NCBI GenBank assembly: GCA_965655095.1
Contig: OZ296651.1
Location: 4,402,001 to 4,466,000, forward strand
Source of the DNA: Haplodiscus bocki
Lineage: Eukaryota
Direction: 5' to 3'
DNA: 64,000 bases
Part shown: one piece after another, positions 27,101 to 37,200 of the stretch
Position numbering within the stretch: position 1 is the stretch's first letter
Layout: each line of letters begins with the position of its first letter
Translations under genes and position numbers: made by a program
Notes under the pieces: generated by a model
The model's database searches: none
What the model was told of the DNA's origin: nothing
The model's input: the letters and a program-made list of their open reading frames with translations, nothing else

Positions 27101-27978
27101 CGGAATCATATGTCGACGCCATGACTTACATCCGAGCCAAAGTGAGCTTTGCTCTCCGTAGCTCGATACTTTGAGGGGCTGCAGATCAATGAAAGGGGAC
27201 GAGGGACTAGAGAATTCAATTTTGAGCCATCATTGAAGAAGGAAGTCCGTAATTCCAAGTGCAAATATATAACATAAAGCATTTCAGAATATCATACGAT
27301 GCACTAAATTATTGCCTTCTTGTGTTAAACAGGGGGATCGTTCCATGACACTACAGAAGTGGCACAGGATGCAGCATATCAACGACCCGGTCCCTGAACT
27401 CTTCATGACATAATTTTTCCATTTTCGCTGTGCCAGGACTTATGCATCAGTCGCGATACAGGAGGATGCCAAGGTGGCAGAATCCCGAAAATACAGGACC
27501 TATGAAGAACTGTCACGCAACTACATAGTGCAACCAGTAGCCATCGAAACCCTTGGAGGCGTTGGCCCTGATTCAATTTCCTTCGTATCTGAGCTCGGCA
27601 AACGAATAACCGGTGTAAGTAGAAGCCCTTTGGAAACTTCATACTTGCGACAGAGACTTGGTATCGCTGTACAACGAGGCAATGCAGCATGGGTTCTTGA
27701 AAACTTGTCGTCAGACTTTTAAAATTTTTTATACACTTTTCATTTTGAGATGTTAATCTGGTTCTTTGAAGGCGCTTGTCATTTTATTATTGGTATAAAC
27801 ATTATTTTGACATTCCGAATTGAATTCGAACTTTAGAAAATTTTCTTTGGCTTATTCTGAATACTGGTGTGTTGAGGTGGTTGAAAAAATTAGCGCCTGA
27901 TAATTATGAAATTGAATTCACTTTTTTCCATTTCATTGTAGATTTTGGACCTTTTCTTCGTTTAAACAGTGGCGATAA
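3162..27978 (+). CDS. Putative small single-TM protein (~68 aa), possibly a divergent NDUFB1-like complex I subunit; exons 3162-3259, 12681-12708, 12783-12823, 27942-27978; start codon not in these exons
   Basis: Four phase-compatible GT-AG exons (donors GTATGT, GTAGAA, GTGAGT; 74-bp intron ending ctgacAG) splice to IYPVHLRWLVFWAAFATHVLLCEHFFSRVRSFGLEGYHVSTKIYGVPADENFDWSLFWTFSSFKQWR*; AATAAA follows 18 nt after the stop. Confidence 0.55.
3420..4430 (-). mobile_element. Decayed LINE RT fragment
   Basis: Degenerate GVPQGSILGP-like stretch near 3570-3640 on the minus strand. Confidence 0.3.
4476..4536 (+). repeat. tRNA-derived SINE head or tRNA pseudogene fragment
   Basis: T-arm GCGGG-TTCCAAT-CCCGC (4507-4523) followed by a T run; 5' half does not fold as tRNA. 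Confidence 0.45.
4940..6700. repeat. Highly diverged ~179-bp tandem repeat
   Basis: GG(C/T)CT-like anchors at 5146, 5327, 5503, 5684, 5859; GTCCGA anchors at 5052, 5591, 5767, 6317; related unit near 58480-58600. Confidence 0.7.
7000..8400 (-). mobile_element. Crypton-like tyrosine-recombinase remnant
   Basis: Degenerate RKT-V and ISAH (for SGH) catalytic-like motifs near 7250-7330; weak. Confidence 0.3.
10650..12430 (-). mobile_element. Decayed DIRS-like element (RNase H, methyltransferase-like, YR)
   Basis: LVLIPGSFGITAVDLS (HIPG.N..ADLS-like); NKNGRL...YGDPC; LKLYSKF; NWSSSKVSTRS (GWSS..TF-like YR end). Confidence 0.45.
13200..15100 (+). mobile_element. Decayed CR1/L2-type LINE (ORF2 RT)
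   Basis: GLDKISA...GEIPAFLKQARVMLLF; SKILE; KKA..VNH; LLLNSKKTHF; frameshifted. Confidence 0.65.
15640..20900 (+). mobile_element. Decayed Ty3/Gypsy LTR retrotransposon (gag-PR-RT-RH-IN)
   Basis: gag-like DIESYITYFELL; protease FDTA; RT LPMGLVSA and VYLDD; RNase H NYSET.CEL; HADCL; integrase-region fragments; LTRs not resolved. Confidence 0.75.
16085..16132. repeat. 16-bp tandem triplication
   Basis: GAAGCAGCA(C/T)CCGCAA x3. Confidence 0.9.
21800..23520 (+). mobile_element. CRE-clade (RLE) non-LTR retrotransposon, 5' part; its 3' end resumes at about 27000-27240
   Basis: EGDSLG (QGD-like); RGFNI; HIEIKDTIAKFMVDLCLDIEIKPLLQSFEGES; DIKPN RLE-like region. Confidence 0.55.
23560..24530 (-). 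mobile_element. RTE-like LINE fragment
   Basis: QGDGVS; YAYDA (YADD-like); SLVKSILMHNSETWGLS...KLNAFH. Confidence 0.7.
24600..26990 (-). mobile_element. CR1/L2-like LINE ORF2 (APE endonuclease + RT), frameshifted
   Basis: IGGDSN; TDHLAI; DLRPIAI; QHGFR; FSKAFDEVKH; GVIQGTVSGP; FADD. Confidence 0.85.
27345..27725 (+). mobile_element. 5'-truncated CRE-like non-LTR retrotransposon (C-terminus of RLE ORF)
   Basis: KYRTYEELSRNYIVQPVAIETLGGVG...LRQRLGIAVQRGNAAWVL. Confidence 0.8.
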
Positions 27979-27996
27979 TGGATGGAGGAGTTGATG

Positions 27997-28002
27997 AATA
28001 AA
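27997..28002 (+). terminator. AATAAA polyadenylation signal of the putative upstream gene
   Basis: Canonical hexamer 18 nt after the TAA at 27976-27978, followed by GT/T-rich sequence. Confidence 0.5.
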
Positions 28003-28164
28003 GCCATAATGTATGGGAGCTGTTTTCAAGATTTTTTGGTGGCTATGTATCATATTTCCAATCCCTGATTAACTTCGTCTCTTTAATTCAGTAATTTTAT
28101 AAATGATGATATTAAATTAACTAGATGTAAAATTACCTTTTTATTATGTACTTTCAGAATTATT

Positions 28165-28291
28165 ATGGCTGCAAAGATGAATAACCAGACGCAGTCTGGA
28201 TTAACTCGAATTGCAATTGTGAGCAAAGACAAATGCAAGCCGAAGAAGTGCAAACAGGAATGCAAAAGATACTGCCCTGTTGTTCGAGGAG
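28165..28291 (+). CDS. ABCE1: ABCE1 coding exon 1
   Basis: [42 protein letters not shown]-g; donor GTTTGT at 28292; preceded by tttcAG acceptor at 28156-28157. Confidence 0.95.
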
Positions 28292-31200
28292 GTTTGTTTG
28301 TTGGAAAACAAAGCGTTAGCACTGAAACCATTCAATTGTTTGAAGTGTGTTAGGTGTTGACAATTAAAACTTGGAAAATAATTGAGGACAAAAAAGCTGC
28401 AATCAATTAGTTAATTGATTCCCGTATCACTAATTGATATTAATAATTGCAGTAATTGAGGAATTAACAATACACTTGAAAGAAAGATACCATGAAGGAG
28501 CAAACTTAAGTGGTCAATCATTCAATGAAGGTGAAAGTAATCGTTTTGACGTTCCAATATTCCTTATTAGGTTTCAAGACAAACTATTCTTCTAAGTGTT
28601 CGGATGATGTTGTTTCTTAATTCATCCATTTCTGAAGAAATCCAGCCAGACTGAAGAAACTTTCAAAGAAATTTGACATTGGAAACAAAAAATTGCAGTC
28701 GAAATAATTTGATTCGTTGCCTTTTCTTCTGTCGTTTTTGCAGAATTGTATCTAGGAAATTCAATTGAAGCACTCGAAGATCCAGAATACCTGTTTCAGA
28801 GTACTTGCTTTCAACGATACAGGAGAATACTTATCCTCAAATTTTTGCAGAAATACTTTTTTTTCAGGACCCAGTTTTGGATTTTTTCATGCATCCATAG
28901 TCGAGCACTTGACATATCGGCTGCAAGTAACAATATTTTTGAGTCAGATCGACAATATCAATAGGTTTGAGCTCCGTGCAGACCCAATTTAATCAGTTTC
29001 GTCAAACATGAACGTTAGTCGATCGTATGTATCTATCATCCGCATCGAGTTCTGGCTTCATCAAAATGTAACGTTTGATGTTTTCCATCTAAATTTTCTG
29101 TGACGGGTTCATATTCTATGGCGATGGTTGCCAAGTACTTTTTCCTTTGTTTTTCATTTTGGACATTTAAAAATTTCGAAAAGGAGTTGACCCACTAAAT
29201 TAGGCGCAATATCACCGACGAACATGAGTTGTTTGTTGTTACAGGAGTCCGTCAAATCGATGGGGGGAGAGGGGGTGGGGTGTAGCAAAAACGTCTCCAT
29301 GCCCAGATTTGAACCTGTGCAGACGGAGAGCTCGAATCCTTTGGACAGAGGCTATCCATTTGGCCACCGACTTTCTTGCATTCCTCACTTTTGAGTTGAA
29401 TATAAATTGATGAAATTCGCTTGTAAAATCTATGGTCAAAGTGTACCCCAGATTCGAACCCGCACAGACAGCGTGTTCAAATCCGTTCGCCAGCCGTCCC
29501 AACCACTTGGCCGCGGCACCATAGCAGTAAGCCCATGAAGTTCTTTTTTGCGTTAATTCAACGAACAATCGTTTCTTGAGCTGGAATGACAGGAACACGG
29601 TTGGTAATAATTCGAGCGTTTTCGGTTGTAATTTTAACTCTCGCCCTTTTCTTTTCTGTTAATGTCGTGGTACCGGGGCCATTGCATCATGTCAATGATC
29701 TTCCCACCGATTATTCCAGTGCATACTCGGAACTTAGACATTTGCTGTTCCCACATATATGAAGGTTATTGTTTGAACGAGGGAATCTTTCCATTCCACA
29801 GACGCTGAAGGCCCTGCTTGCATTTGCAGAGAAGTATACGGAGGTAACAGATGTGACAAATACATGTGCTACAATTGAGAATGGTATTTGAGTTCTCTAT
29901 CGAATGCTCTAAGGAAAATCTGCAAAGGTTGCAAGAGAACTACTTTCTGACAATATTACTGCAAAGACCACAGAATGAAACTGAAAAACCATGTATCAGC
30001 TGCATCCCATGTTATGTTTCTGGAAGAACCTGATCGCTTCAACATAAAGCCATTAAAAGTTCCTCGTATATCTTTTTAGATGAAATTCGAAGTTTACCGC
30101 TCAGCTAGAAAGTTTGACGAATGATGTCGATTACTTGCTCGGCACAAAGAATTGAAAAAAGCAATTCTGAAACCATTGTGGAATACCTTCATCTATTTTG
30201 CTGCTGTTTCCGTCTTGCAGTGCTTTTCAAACGCGCTGTCCCAGAGGATATCGCTGCACTTGATTGTTAACTCCATTAATCACCACCATTTCCTAATCAG
30301 ATGTCATGTGCGTGCTCATTCTGGAGCAGTCCTGGCATTGTACGGTATTAGTCGAATTTTGTCGCAAAAAGAAAGACGATGCACTCTGCTCTCTTTCTCA
30401 CATTAACATTCAAAACAATTGATTATCCTCTTGCGTGTACTTACGAAATCAGCATTCATGGATTTTCGAACATTTCAAGAGTCTTCCTAATTTAAGGTCC
30501 TTTACAGTTTTTCAGAGGAGTTGTTAACTGAATCTGATTGTATGCATAGGCCGATCAATTTGATGTATTTGCGCCAAACCATTTGTTGTTTCTGCAGTAC
30601 AAAGCTGATTGCTCAGAAAATCTACCTCGAAATGAGTAATATAGCATTCGTACCTGACTCTGGTTGTTGATTTGAATGATTCCGGCGCAAAAACCACTGT
30701 TTTTGTGTCTAGGGAGTGTCTGTCCCCGGACACCACTACATTGACAGTTTTTTGCTCCAACCACCGTACAAATTTAGTTACCTAGGCAATGAAAACGAGG
30801 AAAAACTTGGATTAGGAAAAACCTGCACTGCATCCCGTGGGAAGCTGGTTCACATGCCTATTCTTTCTTGATCAGCCTCCTCATGAGCTTCAAGATTTGT
30901 TTCCTTAATTTCACTCCAGTATACGGTAACGGCAATGACAACACAATTGCTGCACAAACATCCTCCGATTAACCCTGTCCCCGAACTTGAATCACTCAAT
31001 TTTCAAAATAATGGACCAACTAGTGAGCAGCCTCCAATTGAGCCTCAACTGAACCTGAAATTAGACTCTCTAAACAAAACTACGGGCAAGTGAGACTTCT
31101 TAAACTTTTAGAAAGAACCGTAATTCAGTTGACCTCACCTGAATACTGGTGGTTGAAAGCTAGGTTCAGTTCAGTAGATAGTTTTCTTCAACTTGTATGC

Positions 31201-34200
31201 AGCAAAGAAAGTGAAAAACAAACGCCCCCAAAGACTTGATGGTTGAACGAGGCTTTGAATAGCTGAGATTACCGCCGAAAGTACTCTTCCGATTTTCCTA
31301 GACGGGATTGACAATCCTAGGTTGCCAAAACAGATTGCCAGGGACTTGCTTGACTGATCAGAGAGGAATTTCTGGAAATTGTTTTTTTTCCCAGTAGGAA
31401 ATTGAAGTAAAACGAGCAAAGATTTGTCGAGTAAAACTAGATTCTAGTGCTGCATTCATTGTTCACGCGTTTCCCCACTACTATAAGGAATTAATCTTAA
31501 AGCTGTTTTCGTAGTTTTGCTTTATACAATTTGCTATGAAAGTCTTTCTTTGCATTCAGTTTTCAAGAAGATGGAGGAGCATGCAGTTTACTCCGTAGAC
31601 GCTATTCAAGCTAATCACCTAGCTATCGACAACAATGGAAGCGGAAGATCGTATTTTGAAAAATTTGTTGTTCAGTCACTTTTTTTCACGGAAGATGCAT
31701 TAACACTTATAATTGTGTTTACTTGTTTTTTGAAAATAAACCCGGATCCGCCTCCTTGTTGAGAGCAAACAAAGTGCTTTCCGCTTTATTGTTGCTCGTT
31801 TGGATACATTTTACCGAAGCCAAACTTGTGATTGAGTTAATTTTCGCAAATGATTGACTTTTCATGTCGTTGGTAGGTGTAGGTGTTTCTGGTAAAATGC
31901 GTCTTTTATGCAATGCGTGCCTCGCCCACAACTTTTCACCGACCGACAAAACTCATTTCTTTTGCAAAGAGTATTAACCTCTCTTCGAAGAGATGGCGGA
32001 AAAGCTGGACATTGAATTTTTTCCTTGCTTGGTGTTTTGAAATAATTAAAAATCTGGAAAACTGTCTACTTGTTTTGATGTTTCTCCGACAAAATTTGCC
32101 AAGGGAAAGATTTTTCAGAATTGCTGTTGGCGGTCGTCATCAAGAATTCATTGCTTTTTTGCCAAACAGAGGTAGGTCCACCATAGCAAATGGTCACGAG
32201 CCAGTGATGAAAAGACAACTCATTGTTTGTTGAAATCAGCGAGCGACGTTCAGCAGATTGGTCACTTTGCACGACAGCTAAAGCACAAAATTTATTTAAG
32301 ATTGGTACAAAAGGGCCACATCTCAACTTCTTGCTGTTTGCTCAGTCTTTGATCTCATGACATTCGATTGTTTACGTTTCTTCAAATATAGTCGGTCCTC
32401 ACCCAACTATTTTTGGTTTTCCATCTCACCTGGTGAAAGAAACACTTTTTACAAATGCCTGGGAGAAGAGTGCATATACTGAAGCATTGGCCAGAAGACA
32501 AAAGAAGTGATTATCATCGCATTTTACATGACTAACAAACCCTTCGGCCATATCAGATTAACTAATAAATCTAAGAACTTCCTAAACATCCTTGCACGTT
32601 TTCGGCTTCAAAATCCTCTTTCACGATGAATGGATGAGGCAGGCGAGTGAAATTAACGAACTACTTGAACTCACTTGCTCTCTTCATTCGGCATGATCAC
32701 CATGTCGCCATAACCGAAACAATATCACTGACTTTTAATGCTTCGCTCTTTTTTGGCTCGCTATTTTTACCTGCTGACTTCAGCCTTTCGGCAATGACGT
32801 CAAGAAGTTTTCATCTTCCCAAGAGCCGAGACACAGTTCACTTTCCATTTTGTATAGGGTTGCTGCAGTGAAGACACCAAATTCCTATAGGAATGTGCAT
32901 TCAACATTTTTAATTGTAACATCCCTTTCAAAGGAAACCATATGATACCTTACGAGAATGAATTGAGGGTCTTGTAGCACAAGTAGAACATCGAATAAGC
33001 AGCCAATGAAAGTTTTGTTGTCAGTCAGAGGCATTAATTTACTCCGGGGAATCAGTTGCCCCATCATTGGGTTTTTTGTCACAATGAGTTCACTCGAAAT
33101 TATTTTGATACCGAACGGAAATTTTTTTAAAGAACAACCGAAAAAACCACATTCAGTAGACGATCCAACATTAACGCAAAGGTTGCATAATCTAAACTTT
33201 CTCCGACGACAACTTCTTACAAATAGAGAAACAGCAAAACCGGCTGCAAAAAAGGAGAAACACAAAAATGTGAAGAAGCAGCGGTGCTAGAAGTTGTCGG
33301 TCAAGAGTTTCCGTGCACTGTCAATGATTGAACCTCGTCAATGTGAGAAGTCTACTCCTTTACCGAAGAAATTTCAAGAGCATGCAGTTATTGGAATTAA
33401 AAATGGTTTGCAGACGATTGATTACAGTCCAACGTCAATTGAAGGAACAACTTCTTTCTCCAACGACAACTTCCTACAGATACAGGAGCAAAAAAAGCGG
33501 ACACAAAAGGAAAAACAGATACAGGTGAAGGAGAAGCTGTGCCAGAAAATGCTGGTTCAAGAGTTCTTAATAAAATTCAAGACTATAAATGCTTCAACCT
33601 CATCAACTCGAAAAGTCTAATCCGTGACAGCAGGAGAATGCAGATTTTGAATCCAGTAATGAAGGTGTGACGGTTGGTGACCTTTCATTGTCATTTGAAG
33701 CAACAACCTTCTGAAACTTGCAGCAAAACATTTAAACAGTTGCACGATCGAAAATCAAATTATTTTCGGAGATTTTCGACATTTCTGCCTAAATAGTCGC
33801 AAACCGCCAGGCCAAAGTGTCAAATCAAAAGTTTACAGAATAAAGTTGCTAAGAAGGAACTACGAAACCGCGGGAAGCTGTCGAAGGCTGAAGACCATTA
33901 TTCTTGCGGTGCGGCTGGAAATGGAAGTTTAAAGAGTCTGCAAAAACCTAGCAAACTCAAAATTTGAACCTTTTTGAAGGAAAATTACCCACACGAAATA
34001 TCCATTTTTGTATGAAAATTTCCCCGCCTCAAAATCTTCGCCTACAGCGTTAACGAAATTTGTTCGGTTTGTTCAATGGACGTGGCTTATGGTGACGAAT
34101 TGGCCAAATACCATATTGGTTTCAAGTTTCTAGTCGCAGTTATGTCTTTTCACGTTATCTGCGAGTGGTACTGTTGCGAGCAAGAAGTGCTCATGGCGTT

Positions 34201-37200
34201 GTCAAACCTTTTGAAAATTGATTGATCGAGTTCAACCCCAAAAGCTTGAAACCGAGTTTAAGGGAGCGTTCAAATTTTTATGACAAAAAAGGCCTCGACA
34301 CACGCAACAGCAAGTGAAACAAAATCCGCTTGCTGAACGAAACATCGGCTTACTTAGAAGCAATCTTCAGAAGCATTTGTGGACCTGTCATTACATGACG
34401 AGATTGCAGTCTTTTGTTAGCAACTTCATTTCTCGGGTAAACCGTGTTAATCGCTGAGCACGAAACAGGGTTACAGTAAAGGTTGTGCGATTTTTGGTTT
34501 CTGTAGCTGCAGAACACTCATCGAAGTCTGTCACTAAACCAACATTCGCAATTGGTAATGATGTTCGAATAGCGAAAGAAGGTTTACTGTTCAACAAGGG
34601 CTACAAACAAATCTTCACCAACGAATTTTTTACAGTCACTAAAATTGTCACTCAACCCACCATGCTATTCAACGAAAAAAGACCATCAAAGGAAACTTTT
34701 AAGAGCTCGAGTTAACAAAATTAAATGGATGAATTCAGCATTTACCTCGAATATAGGGCTCTGATGATTTTTTGCCCCAAATGCAATAGTTGGTTTTCGC
34801 AACCTACTTTGCACGTCCAATTCAACTAAAGACCGACTGCTGCATGGTTTTTTTCCTGAAATCATTTTTCCTCTGAGCTTCGAAAACGTTACAACAGACG
34901 ACATTTTCATTTGCACGCCAATAATACCAGTAAATTTTCTCCAAACTGATTTGGTAAAATTTCTAGTATCTCGTGAGAGCTGGGAAGACAATGCAGAATT
35001 CCCTTCAGGTGATTAAAAAAATTTGAAAGATGTCTCCAAAGTATTGGAAGTTGTCTTGTCGGCAAGTACAAAGATTATGGTAAGAAGACTTAACCACTGT
35101 TTAGTTTCAAATCCACCATTCTCAAGGCCGGGACATGTTCTTTTCAAATACGAGTCTCACTGAACAACATGTTGCGGGTGTCAAGTCACCATTGTTGCGA
35201 ATCATTGATAGTCGAAGAAGTGTGTCGAACGGCAGCGTAGAATTTAATTCAACAAAAGTTCGAAAATTCTCCAATTAGAGAAGTTGCTTACCAGCACCAT
35301 TGAGGAAGTTCAAATTGAATTTGTTACTGGTCGAAGATTTCCGTCAGTTGGTATTGGAAGAGTTGCATTGACCTTGAAAGTCATAAGTTTTGAAAATGGG
35401 GCAGTACAGTGGTAGAAACTGTCGAGAAGCAAGAAGTAAGATCAGCAAAAGGAAAAAGCAAAGTCTTCAAACAGAAACTTGTCGAAGAGATGTCGGTAGG
35501 ATGTTTTTTTAAACAGTCAAAAATGTTGCCTGAGATTTTAACTGTTGAAGCATTTCTTAGTTCACTTCCTTTTTTGAAGGTTGACCTGTAATAATCACTT
35601 TTGCTACGTCATTCGGGCAGAAAATTCGCCCCGTTTGTGCTCCGAATGGACCAAGACTGAAATTTGGAGTTGCAGGTGATCGAGGCATTTTTTCATCTAC
35701 AAAACTATTGCCGGGACATAAAATGTAAATTGAGCAATCCAGATGGAATAGATGTAACTTACGAAGCTACAGCCACTGCAAACAGTGATTGGCCACTATT
35801 GGTGAATAACCCGCTGGTTGCTATGTTTTCTGATTGCAGTATAACGGCAAATGTATAACGTTTTCGGTCGACAGTGTGCAGAGTTGGGACCAAGAAAAGA
35901 TTTTCTTTTCAGAGTGCCCATACAAAGATTGGTTCTCGTGGGGACAACAGTGCTAGATTGCTTGGCGGTAAATGGACGCTCCAATTCAGTTACCAAAAAT
36001 TTGTATTGAACCGTATCACTGCTTATCGTAACAGTTTTCCTACTGCTTGAACATCCTTGATAACGGATACTGACCAAAAGTTTTCTGACTTCATTTGATA
36101 TCCTTCGAATATCTACAGTTTGTCGACTGTATTGGCATCATGGGTTGTTCTCTCGACAAAATGGCCAGTTACTTGCCAAAAGTGAAGTTCAAAATTTTAT
36201 CTAGTTGCTCCTGCAGCCACACCGAAGCAGACAGCTACTTCATCAAAAAGGGCACTACCCATATTTTTTATAGTTTGACGAGGTTGACAAATTTGAGGAG
36301 GCAAAGCTACCACCAAGAGAATAGTAGAAAGGTTCTTTTCGTATTGGGGAGTGATCAGTCATTCCAGCTCAATGGCAGCACAATAAAAAAAGTATAAATC
36401 AGCCTAAACTGCACAAAGTTGGGAGACGGTCAGGATTTGTACCTGAAAACGAACACCGCGATAGTTGCATGCGTTGGTGGGGAGAGTTTCGTGGGCTCTG
36501 CTACAGAACAGTCTCGACAGCGCTCATTGTTTTAACATGCTCTCATCACTCTCTCTTTGTTTTCCTCAAAAAGTATTAGGTGTATTTTGAAATTGTGACA
36601 AAGGGCGCATTTGGAAATGGTTCAAAAAATGATTCTCGGGGAAGTTTCCTCAAATTATGGCAAAAGGTTTTTCAAAGCCAACAATGTTGAAAATCATTAG
36701 TATAACGACCAGGAGACTTACGGGTTATTGATCGATGGAAACAACTCACGATGGAATATTGGAAAAATTTCCACTCCTGTTGAATGGTTCCCAAACAATG
36801 CAAACTTGCAACGTCAACTGGATCTTGGAGGCATCGAATCTGTCAGCATTTAGGTATGTTATTTGAGCTGATTTGCTTTATCCTGTTAAACTTCATGGTA
36901 GGCGTCAAGACTTCCCACTAGCCCCCCCACAATAGAAAAAATTGACTACAAACGTTTCGAATTGAAAATCTTGGAACAAATCAGAGAGAAACGCTAGAAA
37001 AACAGTTGGGGCAAGAAGTGGATACAAGCACTCGCTGACAAAAATAACTGTACCCTCTACTACCTGATTTTGCATGTCACCTTTGGATTAAAAACACGAA
37101 GGTCTACTGAGTGCTCAGAAGTAGGCAATCGTTCTGGTTGAAACCAGACATGCAACTGAAAGCTGAAAAAAGGAAGCAGGCGCAGAACAAGTTTGAAGAA

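Noticed and set aside
29441-29520. Functional tRNA-Ser gene
   Set aside because: The acceptor, anticodon and T stems pair poorly and the D region is enlarged; kept only as a tRNA-like unit.
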